Source: an uncultured Cytophagia bacterium (GTDB lineage: Bacteria; Zhuqueibacterota; Zhuqueibacteria; Oceanimicrobiales; CAZGRP01). Taken from it: a stretch of DNA of 64,000 nt. The stretch spans positions 20,230 through 84,229 of the forward strand of contig CAZGRP010000004.1 of the NCBI GenBank assembly GCA_964527995.1, in the 5' to 3' direction. The notes below the pieces were generated by a model. The model was not told the DNA's origin and did no database searches. It saw nothing but the letters and a program-made list of their open reading frames with translations. The position numbers and the translations under genes were made by a program. Positions 19,917-32,703 of the stretch are shown piece after piece; positions within the stretch are counted from its first letter, which is position 1; each line of letters opens with the position of its first letter.

Positions 19917-20615
19917 ATGTCTATTCAGGAAAATATTCAGCGGGTTCGCGAGCGTATCGCTCGTGCCTGCCAGCGCGTCGGGCGAAGCCCCGACGAGGTT
20001 ACCCTCGTCGCCGTCTCCAAGGGGTTCTCGCCAGAGGCCATCCGTCAGGCCGTCGATGCCGGCATTCAGAAAGTGGGCGAGAATCGCGTTCAGGAAGCGG
20101 AGCCGAAAATCAGAACCCTCGGCCGAATCTGCGAGTGGCACATGGTCGGGCATCTTCAGACCAACAAAGTGCGCCGCGCCCTCGAGCTTTTCGATGTCGT
20201 GCAGTCGCTCGACAGGATGCACCTGGCCGAGGAACTGCAGCGTCGCGCCCAACAACTGGATCGCCGGGTACCGGCTCTGGTGGAGGTCAATACCTCCGGG
20301 GAGGCGACCAAGCATGGCTTCCTGCCGGCCGAAACGGTCGCTGCGGTTCGGGCACTGGCACAGTACGACCGCCTGCAGATTCGCGGCCTGATGACCATCG
20401 GGGCACTCACGGAGGACAGCGAGCGGATTCGGCGATGTTTCCGGACGCTGCAGGAGTTGCGCCGGGTGATCGAGGACGAGGGCATCGACGGTGTAAGCAT
20501 GGAGGTGCTGTCGATGGGCATGACCGACGACTTCGAGATCGCTGTGGAGGAGGGATCGACCATGGTTCGGATCGGTCGTGCTATTTTTGGGGAGCGATCT
20601 TCTGAGACCAATTGA
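19917..20615 (+). CDS. yggS: YggS-family PLP homeostasis protein
   Basis: VTLVAVSKG and HMVGHLQTNK motifs. Confidence 0.8.
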   Translation: MSIQENIQRVRERIARACQRVGRSPDEVTLVAVSKGFSPEAIRQAVDAGIQKVGENRVQEAEPKIRTLGRICEWHMVGHLQTNKVRRALELFDVVQSLDRMHLAEELQRRAQQLDRRVPALVEVNTSGEATKHGFLPAETVAAVRALAQYDRLQIRGLMTIGALTEDSERIRRCFRTLQELRRVIEDEGIDGVSMEVLSMGMTDDFEIAVEEGSTMVRIGRAIFGERSSETN

Positions 20616-20902
20616 GGGATTGCATGGGAGCGCTAATCTGGCTGATTGATACGGCTGTCGATCTTTATGTTTTGCTCATCATCGTCCGGGCAGTCCTCTC
20701 TTGGGTGAATCTGAGCCCGTATCATCCGGCGGTCCGCTTTGTCTATCGGACGACCGAGCCGGTGCTGGGGAGCATCCGGCGCTTCATCCCGCCCATCGCC
20801 GGGCTCGACCTGTCACCCCTGATCGCGATCATAGCTCTTATTTTCGTAAAGGACTTGATTCTGAGCGCCTTGTATAACCTGGTCAGCGGGCCGCGCTGGT
20901 AA
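20612..20902 (+). CDS. yggT: YggT-family membrane protein
   Basis: ~96 aa hydrophobic protein immediately after yggS and before divIVA, the conserved arrangement. Confidence 0.7.
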   Translation: MRDCMGALIWLIDTAVDLYVLLIIVRAVLSWVNLSPYHPAVRFVYRTTEPVLGSIRRFIPPIAGLDLSPLIAIIALIFVKDLILSALYNLVSGPRW

Positions 20903-20932
20903 GCGGTGCGGCTGTGACCGAGGAGGCCGACC

Positions 20933-21598
20933 TTGCGACTGACACCGTTGGACATCAAGAAGCAGGAGTTCAAACGCACCCTGCGCGGCTACGACCCCAT
21001 CGAGGTCGATGCGTTTCTCGAGATGGTCGCCGACGAATATGAAGCCGCCCTTCGCGAGAAGAACCGGCTCTCCGAGGAAGTCGTGCAGTTGCGGACGCAG
21101 TTGAAGGACTACCAGGAAGTGGAAAAGACCCTGAAGCAGACGCTGATGACAGCGGAGCAGTCGATCGCCGAGTCACGTGAAAACTCACGGCGCGAGGCGG
21201 AGATGATCATTCGCGAGGCCGAGCTCAAGGCCGACAGAATTCTGGAGGCGGCTCGCAGGCAGCTTTCAGAGCTGAAGAACGATCTGCAAATCGTCAAGGC
21301 CCAGAAGGCCTCCTTTGCTCGCCGGCTGCGACATCTACTGGAATCTCAACTGGAGCTGATCGGCGTGCTCGGCATGGACGACGTTGGTTACGGTGAGGAA
21401 GAGGAGGAGTCCCCTCCACCGGCAAGAGCTTCACGGCTTCAGACGACGAACGACCCGCGGGCCGGCCGCGAAGAGGAGCCTGTGGCCGACCAGGGGCAGA
21501 TCGACCCGGCATCCAAGGAGCAGATGCGGACGGAGGAGAGAGAGGGTGGCACATTCGAGCAAAAGCCTTCATCGACATCGGATCAATTCATCACTTGA
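20933..21598 (+). CDS. divIVA: DivIVA-domain protein
   Basis: N-terminal LTPLDIKKQEFKRTLRGYDPIEVDAFLE followed by coiled coil. Confidence 0.75.
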   Translation: MRLTPLDIKKQEFKRTLRGYDPIEVDAFLEMVADEYEAALREKNRLSEEVVQLRTQLKDYQEVEKTLKQTLMTAEQSIAESRENSRREAEMIIREAELKADRILEAARRQLSELKNDLQIVKAQKASFARRLRHLLESQLELIGVLGMDDVGYGEEEEESPPPARASRLQTTNDPRAGREEEPVADQGQIDPASKEQMRTEEREGGTFEQKPSSTSDQFIT

Positions 21599-21627
21599 TA
21601 GGACCTCAAAATGCGAGGATTGCAGCG

Positions 21628-22146
21628 ATGATCCAGCGACCGATCTCCTTCGTCCTGGTTACGGCACTGGTGCTGTCTCTGGGGTGCGCCAAACGGATCC
21701 CTGTCTATGACGAGGCGGGTGTTCCGATCACCGAGAAAGAAATCCGGCACGAAAAGAAGACTTCCAATCTGGTTCTCTATGCCATGGGGGGTGGCCTGCT
21801 GACGTTCGGGCTCAGTTTGTTTGTGGGTTCGATGGCCAGCCGTGCCTCGAACGACAGCAAGGCGGTGCTCTGGGGCACTACGTCGGCCGGCACAACCCTC
21901 GGCACGGCCATCTTCGCCACCATTGGTGCTCGCCGTGATCGCACGCTCGCGATCGAGCGGATCAAAGACCGGCGACAGCAACTGGCAGGCCAGGAGCTTG
22001 AAAAGGAGCGCCAGAAGCGTGCCCGCATCGAGGCCGAGAAAAGAGCCCTCGAGGCGGAACGCAAGAGACAGGAGGCGGAGCGCCGCCGGCTCCTGGAAGA
22101 GCTGAAGCGGCGCCAGAAACAAACGGAGAAGAACAAGAAACCGTAG
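21628..22146 (+). CDS. Putative lipoprotein with C-terminal charged coiled-coil
   Basis: Signal peptide plus LSLGC lipobox-like Cys. Extremely charged, repetitive C-terminus (EKERQKRARIEAEKRALEAERKRQEAERRR). GAGGA lies 8 nt before the ATG. Confidence 0.5.
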   Translation: MIQRPISFVLVTALVLSLGCAKRIPVYDEAGVPITEKEIRHEKKTSNLVLYAMGGGLLTFGLSLFVGSMASRASNDSKAVLWGTTSAGTTLGTAIFATIGARRDRTLAIERIKDRRQQLAGQELEKERQKRARIEAEKRALEAERKRQEAERRRLLEELKRRQKQTEKNKKP

Positions 22147-22155
22147 GCGACGGCG

Positions 22156-22980
22156 ATGAGCGAATTGCGGCAGAAGATCGAGGAAGCGGGCGCTTTTCTG
22201 AAGTCACAGACGGCCCTCCAACCTGAAATCGGCATCATCCTTGGGACGGGTCTTGGTGCGCTCGCCGAAGAGATCGACAAGGAGAGCGTGGTGTCGTACA
22301 AGGACATTCCTCACTTTCCGTTGTCCACCGTCGAAAGCCACGTCGGCAGGCTCATCTTCGGCCATCTGGGCGGAAAGCGGGTGATGGCCATGCAGGGTCG
22401 CTTTCACTACTACGAAGGCTACTCGATGCAGCAGATCACCTTCCCGGTGCGGGTGATGAAGCATCTCGGAGCCCACACCCTTTTGGTCTCCAACGCCGCA
22501 GGTGGCCTGAATCCGCTCTTTAGCGCCGGCGATCTGATGATCATCGTCGATCACATCAACCTCCTCGGCGACAATCCGCTCATCGGTCCCAACGACGACG
22601 CCCTGGGGCCACGTTTCCCCGACATGTCCGAGCCGTATACTCGCAGCCTCATCGAGCTGGCCGAGCAGGTGGCCCTCGACGAGAAGCTCCGTGTCCAAAA
22701 GGGGGTCTACGCCGCGATGACGGGGCCAAATCTCGAAACCCGCGCCGAATACCGTTTCCTGCGCCTGATCGGTGCGGACGTGGTCGGCATGTCGACGGTG
22801 CCCGAGGTCATTGTCGCCGTCCACAGCGGCATGAGGGTGCTCGGCCTGTCGGTCATCACCGATATGTGTCTGCCAGACGCCCTCAAGCCTGTGGTCATCG
22901 AGGAGATCCTGAAAACCGCCGGTGAGGCCGAGCCACGCCTGACGCGGTTGATGGCACGTGTGGTCGAGCGTATGGAGTGA
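22156..22980 (+). CDS. Purine nucleoside phosphorylase (PunA/PNP family I)
   Basis: GIILGTGLG, then SxxxHxGRLxxG, then [10 protein letters not shown], then [12 protein letters not shown] motifs. Confidence 0.75.
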   Translation: MSELRQKIEEAGAFLKSQTALQPEIGIILGTGLGALAEEIDKESVVSYKDIPHFPLSTVESHVGRLIFGHLGGKRVMAMQGRFHYYEGYSMQQITFPVRVMKHLGAHTLLVSNAAGGLNPLFSAGDLMIIVDHINLLGDNPLIGPNDDALGPRFPDMSEPYTRSLIELAEQVALDEKLRVQKGVYAAMTGPNLETRAEYRFLRLIGADVVGMSTVPEVIVAVHSGMRVLGLSVITDMCLPDALKPVVIEEILKTAGEAEPRLTRLMARVVERME

Positions 22981-23012
22981 CCGGAACCGCGAGGAAGGAT
23001 CGCAAGCTTCGA

Positions 23013-26168
<3,156 letters not shown>

Positions 26169-26216
26169 GACGGAGCACGTATCAAGAGGCCACTGTACTC
26201 TGCGACGGAGGGCATC

Positions 26217-26594
26217 ATGACCAAGAAAGACCTCGACTACTTTAGGCATCTGTTGATGCAGAAGCGCCAGGAGGCGCTGGACGAACTCGGGCACTTCAAA
26301 GAGTCCGGCATGAGCTCCACATCCAAGGAGGCTGCCGGAGAACACTCTGCCTACACGTTCCACATGGCCGACCAGGGCACCGACACCATGGAGCGCGAGA
26401 AGGCGGCGTTCTTCGCAACTCACGAAGGCCGCTATCTCTATCATCTGGACCAGGCACTGGAGCGGATCGAGTCGGGAACCTACGGGATTTGCCAGGAATG
26501 CGGCAACGAGATCAGCCGTGCCCGCCTCGAGGCGGTTCCCCATGCGCGCCTGTGCATCGAGTGCAAGTCCAAGGAAGAGCAGAACACGACGTAA
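26217..26594 (+). CDS. DksA/TraR-family C4 zinc-finger protein
   Basis: C-terminal CQECGNEIS...CIEC four-Cys finger. Conserved position between ileS and lspA. Confidence 0.75.
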   Translation: MTKKDLDYFRHLLMQKRQEALDELGHFKESGMSSTSKEAAGEHSAYTFHMADQGTDTMEREKAAFFATHEGRYLYHLDQALERIESGTYGICQECGNEISRARLEAVPHARLCIECKSKEEQNTT

Positions 26595-26612
26595 GAGACG
26601 GGCAGGAAGGCA

Positions 26613-27095
26613 GTGCGAGTGCTGAGCTATACCGCCTTCGTTATCCTCCTCGATCAGATGGCGAAGGTCCTGGTTGTCAAAATCTTTGCCCTGGGTGAGT
26701 CGATCCGCATCCTCGACGATGTCGTGCGCTTCACCTACATTGAGAATCCCGGCATGGCGTTTGGCATCCGAGTGGGAAGCAGAGGTTTTTTTACGGTCTT
26801 CTCGGCTCTGGCGAGCTTGGCGATTCTGGTGTATCTGGTGCGGATGAGGCACGACAGTTTCTATTCGCGCCTGGCGCTGGCGCTGATTCTCGGAGGAGCC
26901 ATCGGCAACTTGCTGGATCGGATGATGCGCGGTCAGGTGGTCGATTTCATCGATGTCGGTTTCGGTACCACCCGCTGGCCTGTCTTCAACGTCGCGGACA
27001 TGGCCGTCACCATCGGGATGATTCTCTTGATCGCCCAGGTCCTCTTTGAGCGCGAACCAAAAGAAGGGGGCGCCCGGGCGGTGGAAGGGGAGTAA
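26613..27095 (+). CDS. lspA: Lipoprotein signal peptidase II
   Basis: GAIGNLLDR and FNVADMAV catalytic-Asp motifs. GTG start. Confidence 0.8.
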   Translation: MRVLSYTAFVILLDQMAKVLVVKIFALGESIRILDDVVRFTYIENPGMAFGIRVGSRGFFTVFSALASLAILVYLVRMRHDSFYSRLALALILGGAIGNLLDRMMRGQVVDFIDVGFGTTRWPVFNVADMAVTIGMILLIAQVLFEREPKEGGARAVEGE

Positions 27096-27181
27096 GCGCT
27101 GCCGCTGCCAGCCGCCTTCTGTCGGAGATGCCAGATCGTTGAGCCACGATTTCGCTCGTTCCAAACACCCGCCGGGCTCAA

Positions 27182-28198
27182 ATGGAGGCTAAGCGAATCA
27201 TACGGGTCGTTGTTCCGGAGGCTCGCGCCCACGTCCGCGTCGACAAGTTCCTTGCCGAAGAGATTCCCACCCTGTCACGGTCCCGCATTCAAAAGCTCAT
27301 CGAAGAACATTGCGTGATCATCGATGGCGAGCCTGCCAAAGCCAGCAGGCCGGTGCAAGCGGGCGAGCACATCGAAGTACGCATCCCGAAGCCGCAGAAA
27401 CTGGAGATCCTTCCGGAACCGATCCCACTGGACATTGTCTACGAAGACGAGTATCTTATCGTGGTCAACAAACCGGCGGGAATGGTGGTCCACCCTGCGT
27501 TTGCCAATTACAGTGGCACTCTGGTCAATGCTCTGCTGCACCACTGCCGCTGGCTTTCAGGCATCGGTGGAGTTGAGCGCCCCGGCATCGTCCACCGGCT
27601 GGACAAAGATACGTCCGGCCTGCTTGTCGTTGCCAAAGATGATGTGACGCATCGGGCTCTGTCGCAGCAGTTTGCCGAAAAGACCAGCGAGCGCGAATAC
27701 TGGGCCGTTGTCTGGGGACATTTTCGCCGGAAGTCGGGACGTATCGATGCGGAGATCGGCCGCAGTCCCAAGGACAGGACGCGAATGACCATCCAAAGCG
27801 GCGGCAAGGTCGCGATCACCCACTACGAAGTGCTGGAGGAGTTCCATCTCTGTACGCTGGTGGCCTGTCGCCTCGAAACCGGCCGCACCCACCAGATTCG
27901 CGTCCATCTTTCCCACATTGGCCATCCTGTTTTCGGAGATGCCACCTATGGCGGCCGGGGCCGGCGGGTGACGGGTCTCAGCAGGCATGACCGCGAGCTG
28001 GCGGTCGAGTGGCTTCGCAAGATGCCGCGGCAGGCTCTGCATGCCAAAACCCTGGGATTTGTGCATCCGGTGAAGGGAGAGAAGATGCGGTTTGAAAGCG
28101 AGCTCCCCGAAGACATGCGCCAACTGCTGGCGGAACTTCGACGGGCGACATCCGTAATCAAGGAGCGCAGCGACGAACCGCGGGAGGTGAAATCATGA
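27182..28198 (+). CDS. rluD: 23S rRNA pseudouridine synthase, RluD family
   Basis: N-terminal S4-like domain. HRLDKDTSGLLVVAK catalytic motif. Classical ileS-lspA-rluD context. Confidence 0.8.
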   Translation: MEAKRIIRVVVPEARAHVRVDKFLAEEIPTLSRSRIQKLIEEHCVIIDGEPAKASRPVQAGEHIEVRIPKPQKLEILPEPIPLDIVYEDEYLIVVNKPAGMVVHPAFANYSGTLVNALLHHCRWLSGIGGVERPGIVHRLDKDTSGLLVVAKDDVTHRALSQQFAEKTSEREYWAVVWGHFRRKSGRIDAEIGRSPKDRTRMTIQSGGKVAITHYEVLEEFHLCTLVACRLETGRTHQIRVHLSHIGHPVFGDATYGGRGRRVTGLSRHDRELAVEWLRKMPRQALHAKTLGFVHPVKGEKMRFESELPEDMRQLLAELRRATSVIKERSDEPREVKS

Positions 28199-29811
28199 GT
28201 CGGCAATTTCAATGGACGGCCGGCCTGGCCTTGTGCCTCGTTTGGGTTGGAGCAGCCCTTGGCTGGGCGGCGCCTCGAGTGGGTCGTCCCGCAGAGGATC
28301 TCCGCGTGGCGCTCGATCGAGATCAGGACTTGGTGCAGGCCGCAGAGCAAAAATACCTGCAACCCGGGCATGAACACAAGGTAGTGCGGTACGAGGGGTA
28401 CACTGCCATCGCCGCCGACACCTACATTGATGGCGACGTCGTCGTTTTGCGCGGCGACATCGAGATCGAGGGTGAGATCGGCGGCACCGTCATTGCCATT
28501 CTCGGCGATGTCATCGTAGGGCGCTGGGGTGTGATCCACGGGGACGTGGTGAGTGTCGGCGGCGAGGTGCATGTGCACCGGCGGGCGGTCGTGGATGGCG
28601 ACGTGGTCGAGGCGACCGTGGAAGCTTTGCGGAGTGGCAACGGCGAAGAATCGCGCCGGGTACGCCGGCAGAGGTGGGGTCGAGGCGCTGGCCGCCGAGT
28701 GTGGAGTCGCGAGTTCTGGGACGAGGACCAGCAGGTGGTCCTGCTGCGCTACAACCGCGTCGAGGGCCTTTTTGCCGGCCTGCGACTGCCGCGCAACTTC
28801 AACCCGCGCCAGCAGGTGGTGGACTTCGGTCTGTATGGCGAAGCCGGCTACGGCTTCCGCAGCAAGGCCTGGCGCTACCGCCTGGGCGGCGAATTCTCGG
28901 CGTTCTCGGGTCCTCCTCGCGGCGTCCCCTTCCTGATGACGCTCGGCGCCGAGGTCCACGATCTCACCGACACGCAGGACCGCTGGATCATCCCCGAGAT
29001 GGAGAATTCGCTGTCGGCGTTCCTGTTCAAAAGAGACTACATGGACTTCTACCGTCGCAGTGGCTGGAGTATCTATGTGACCCAAAGAGTCGCCGGAGTG
29101 CTGTCGCTCACTGGCCGATTTGCTTCCGACGACTTCTACTCACTTCCCAATCGTACCAACTGGGCGCTGTTCGGTGGCCCGGATTTCCGACCGAATCCTG
29201 CCATCGACGAAGGCCGCATCATCAGCTTGCGCGGCGAGCTTCGCCTCGACACCAGGAACTCGCGCCAGCATCCGCACCAGGGTTGGCTCATCCAGGGTCT
29301 GGCCGAGCGCGCCGGTGGAGTGTTCGGAGGAGAATACGACTTCCAGCGCTACCTGGTGGATCTCCGGCGCTACCAGCCTTTGACTCTCGGCGACCGGCTG
29401 GACGTTCGCCTGCGGGTGGGGACCGCAAGAGGACCGCTGCCGCGACAGTACATGTACGACCTCGGTGGCCTGTCGACCTTGCGTGGCTACGGCTTCAAGG
29501 AATTCACCGGAGATCGTTTTCTGCTGGGCAACGTGGAGTATTGGGTCAATGCAGACCAGCGGCTCGGTGGTGCCTGGCTGTTCGGCGATCTGAATCTGGT
29601 TTTTCTCTTTGATGCGGGCCTGGCGTGGTTCGCCGACGATCCCTCCAGCCCCCTGGCTGATTTCTCCAATCTCGGGAACCGCAACATCCGCACGAGTGCA
29701 GGACTGGCGATTGCCAGCGACAGCGGCAATTTTCGCATTGAACTTGTCAAGCGTCTCGACCGAGGTGGCGAGAGGGTCAGCGTCCGGTTTCGAGCCAGTC
29801 GGCCCTTCTGA
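28195..29811 (+). CDS. Outer-membrane protein: N-terminal bactofilin-like beta-helix repeats fused to a C-terminal Omp85/TpsB (bacterial surface antigen) beta-barrel
   Basis: Signal peptide. DGDVVVLRGDIEIEGEIGGTVIAILGDVIVGRWGVIHGDVVSVGGEVHV matches polymer-forming/bactofilin-type repeats. C-terminal YMYDLGGLSTLRGYGF, GNVEYW, FLFDAG and a terminal F resemble BamA/TpsB barrel strands. Confidence 0.6.
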   Translation: MSRQFQWTAGLALCLVWVGAALGWAAPRVGRPAEDLRVALDRDQDLVQAAEQKYLQPGHEHKVVRYEGYTAIAADTYIDGDVVVLRGDIEIEGEIGGTVIAILGDVIVGRWGVIHGDVVSVGGEVHVHRRAVVDGDVVEATVEALRSGNGEESRRVRRQRWGRGAGRRVWSREFWDEDQQVVLLRYNRVEGLFAGLRLPRNFNPRQQVVDFGLYGEAGYGFRSKAWRYRLGGEFSAFSGPPRGVPFLMTLGAEVHDLTDTQDRWIIPEMENSLSAFLFKRDYMDFYRRSGWSIYVTQRVAGVLSLTGRFASDDFYSLPNRTNWALFGGPDFRPNPAIDEGRIISLRGELRLDTRNSRQHPHQGWLIQGLAERAGGVFGGEYDFQRYLVDLRRYQPLTLGDRLDVRLRVGTARGPLPRQYMYDLGGLSTLRGYGFKEFTGDRFLLGNVEYWVNADQRLGGAWLFGDLNLVFLFDAGLAWFADDPSSPLADFSNLGNRNIRTSAGLAIASDSGNFRIELVKRLDRGGERVSVRFRASRPF

Positions 29812-29858
29812 CGGTCGGGCCAGACTGAGGCTTGCGGAGGGAACATAGGAGGGCACAA

Positions 29859-30662
29859 ATGAGACGAGGCTTTGCGCTGGCGTCGGCAAGCATCGTGCTG
29901 GCAGTGCTGCTCGCTGGATGTGGCCCTGTCGGCGGTCGCGAGGAGTATCGCGAGTCGTTCCGCCAAAGCTATTCCTTGCAACGCGGGGGGCAGGTTTCGC
30001 TGAAGAACGTCAACGGTCGCGTCTCCGTCAGTACGTGGGACAAGGATGAGGTGCTGGTAGAGGCGGAGAAGATGGTTCGCGCATCGAGCGTGCGTGCGGC
30101 CCGCAGGGCGGCGAAGCGATTGCGCATCGAGGTGGATGATCGTCCTTCGGCCGTCATCATTTCAACCCGCTATCCTCAGGTGGGCAGTCTTTTGTCACGT
30201 TTTCTAGGTGGCGGCATGAGCTTGCAGGTCCGCTACCGCCTGACAGTTCCGCGTCAGGTCGACCTGAGCGTTGGGCTGACGAACGGCAGGATTGAGATCG
30301 AGGGCGTGCGTGGCCGCGTCGAAGCTGAAACAGTCAATGGCAGTGCCAGGCTGAATGATTGCTCCGGATCGGTGCGCGGGGAGACGGTGAACGGCGCGGT
30401 CCGAGCCAGGGTCGTCGCGCTCGATCCGTCGGACTACATCGAAATGCACACCATCAACGGCAGTGTTCACCTCTACCTGCCAGAGGATGTCGGTGCCGAG
30501 ATCAAAGCCCGGACCGTAAACGGCCGCGTGCGTCTTTCAATCCCGAACGCGGAGGTGCGTAAGAGCAGCCGCAAGCGCCTGGAGGCGCAGCTCGGCGGCG
30601 GCGGCGCCCGCATCGACTTGAGCGTCGTAAACGGTAGCATCGAGATCCGGCCGCTGCGTTGA
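29859..30662 (+). CDS. DUF4097-family beta-helical lipoprotein (putative adhesin)
   Basis: Signal peptide with LLAGCG lipobox. Repeated TVNGxxR/INGSV beta-helix rungs. AGGAGG 5-6 nt before the ATG. Confidence 0.6.
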   Translation: MRRGFALASASIVLAVLLAGCGPVGGREEYRESFRQSYSLQRGGQVSLKNVNGRVSVSTWDKDEVLVEAEKMVRASSVRAARRAAKRLRIEVDDRPSAVIISTRYPQVGSLLSRFLGGGMSLQVRYRLTVPRQVDLSVGLTNGRIEIEGVRGRVEAETVNGSARLNDCSGSVRGETVNGAVRARVVALDPSDYIEMHTINGSVHLYLPEDVGAEIKARTVNGRVRLSIPNAEVRKSSRKRLEAQLGGGGARIDLSVVNGSIEIRPLR

Positions 30663-30698
30663 CAGAAGGAGCACAAGGGGGAGGGATCAAAACTGGGA

Positions 30699-30729
30699 CC
30701 GCCGGGGCTGGAGGACGAGGCCCCGGCGG
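30699..30729 (+). terminator. GC-rich hairpin after DUF4097 gene (possible terminator, no U-tract)
   Basis: ccgccggggc-tggaggacga-gccccggcgg, a perfect 10-bp stem. Confidence 0.35.
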
Positions 30730-31164
30730 CTCAGGTAGGGAGGGGTGGATGGAACCCGACGACATGTAGACGAGGCTGTCCAAGACATCTACCTTCCAAA
30801 TGAACTGCATTCTCTACTCTCTGGACCGCCTCGTCTTGCCAGGCAACGGGTGATGGCCGGCCATCGAACCCCTGATGTCGGCCTCGACACTTCCACCGCG
30901 CCCATTCCCAATAGCATCTGCACACCTTACCATCAAGTACCATGCCACCCCGCTGATCATCCCCCAGGCCCCGGTGGGCATCTACGTAAGCGACTGTTTT
31001 CAAAAGGACGTTTGTACGTCGATCTGGGTCAGCATGCATGCGTGTCGGATGGCGTGTGTGTCTCGGGCTGAGACAGGCGCGCGTCACCCTGGCGGGCGCT
31101 GATCTTTTTCTTGACTTTATTCTGATTATATCTTAAACTCAGCCTGAAAGCCAGGCGGCCACCT

Positions 31165-32538
31165 ATGCATCCGACATCGATCCAGCATTGCAAGAACCAC
31201 CCTCGGCGCATCGCCAGGCGTAAGTGTTTTCGTTGTGGCGAGGCGCTCTGCCCCGAGTGCCAGATACGCGCACACCACCACTTTTTCTGCGGCCAGACGT
31301 GCCGTTTTCTTTTCCTGGCAGAGCGCTCGGTAGATCGCGCCGGCGCTCCCTTCCGGGTTTTTTTTGCGAAAGTCCGACGGGCTGGCCCCGGCCTGGCCCG
31401 TACACTTCTACCGTATTCGCTGCTGGCCGCTGGGGTTGTGCTGGCTCTGGCCTGGTCGAGGCAGCTTCGAAATGATGTTGAGCAGCTGCGCCGCGATCTC
31501 CAGGACGTCCGCACTGCCAGGGCCCACGATGGCGCTTCCGCCGGCACTGCCGGCAAGCTGACGATCACCCAGCCCAGCCAGGGCGCCATGGTGACCCTCA
31601 ACCGGGTCACCATCGAGGGGGAGGCGGAGCCCAACAGAATCATCAGTCTTTCGTCAGGCGACCGATTGCTCGCCGTCACCCTGGCCCGCAAAGGGCGCTT
31701 CCAGTTCAAAGACATCCCTGCCCGCCGGGGACGGAATCGCCTCGAGGTGCGCGCCATCTCGTCCGACGGCAAGGCGACGATGCTGCAGATCCTGGAATTC
31801 GTCTACAACAACCCGACCGTTGCCTACCTGGCACGAAACTTCACGCGCGGCGATCCGGGGCGCCCGCTGGTGGCGTTGACCTTCGACGGTGGCTCCGTGG
31901 CGAACGTCACTCCCGAGATTCTGGATATTCTGGCAGAGAAAGGCGTCCGGTGCACGGTCTTCCTCACAGGCGAGTATATGACCCGCTTCCCCGATTATGT
32001 CAAGCGCATCGTCGCCGACGGCCACGAGGTCGGCAACCACACCTGGTCGCATCCACATCTCACCACCTACGAGGAGAGCCGCACACAGCAGACGCGGCCG
32101 GAGGTCGATCGCGCTTTCGTGCAGGGCGAACTGCGGCGCACAGCCGACTATTTCCGCCAACTGACCGGCGCCGAGATGCAGCCGTTCTGGCGCGCGCCCT
32201 ACGGCGAGCACAATCTGGAGATCCGCGAGTGGGCGGCCGAACTCGGGTACCGTCACATCGGGTGGACCCACGGCCGCGACTGGCAGCAAAGCATGGACAC
32301 GCTCGACTGGGTGGCCGATCCGACCTCGCCCGCCTATCACTCGGCCGATGAGATCTACGATAAGATTCTCGCTGCGGCGCAACGGGAGCCGAACGGACTC
32401 AACGGTGCCGTCATCCTCATGCACCTGGGCTCGCTGCGCAACGGAGATTTTCCGCATCGAAAGCTCCCCGGTCTTATCGATCAGCTACGTGAGCTGGGTT
32501 ACGAATTCGTTCCGGTCTCCGAGCTGGTCGATCGCTGA
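31165..32538 (+). CDS. Polysaccharide deacetylase (NodB-homology) family protein with N-terminal Cys-rich zinc-finger and one TM segment
   Basis: N-terminal CFRCGEALCPECQ...FFCGQTC. TM helix LLPYSLLAAGVVLALAW. C-terminal ALTFDGG, HEVGNHTWSHP NodB motifs. Confidence 0.7.
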   Translation: MHPTSIQHCKNHPRRIARRKCFRCGEALCPECQIRAHHHFFCGQTCRFLFLAERSVDRAGAPFRVFFAKVRRAGPGLARTLLPYSLLAAGVVLALAWSRQLRNDVEQLRRDLQDVRTARAHDGASAGTAGKLTITQPSQGAMVTLNRVTIEGEAEPNRIISLSSGDRLLAVTLARKGRFQFKDIPARRGRNRLEVRAISSDGKATMLQILEFVYNNPTVAYLARNFTRGDPGRPLVALTFDGGSVANVTPEILDILAEKGVRCTVFLTGEYMTRFPDYVKRIVADGHEVGNHTWSHPHLTTYEESRTQQTRPEVDRAFVQGELRRTADYFRQLTGAEMQPFWRAPYGEHNLEIREWAAELGYRHIGWTHGRDWQQSMDTLDWVADPTSPAYHSADEIYDKILAAAQREPNGLNGAVILMHLGSLRNGDFPHRKLPGLIDQLRELGYEFVPVSELVDR

Positions 32539-32703
32539 GGTTCGTTGCTGACGCGGCGGCGTTACAGCTGAATCCACCGCTTGTTGGCCTGCGCTGGAGT
32601 GGCGCAGAGAATGCCGGTTGATTTTCGCCAAGGTATTGCTTATCTTTTTGATGATGAATCGCCCCGTGGTTGGATCCTCTGGCGGCAAGAAAGGTGGTTG
32701 GAC

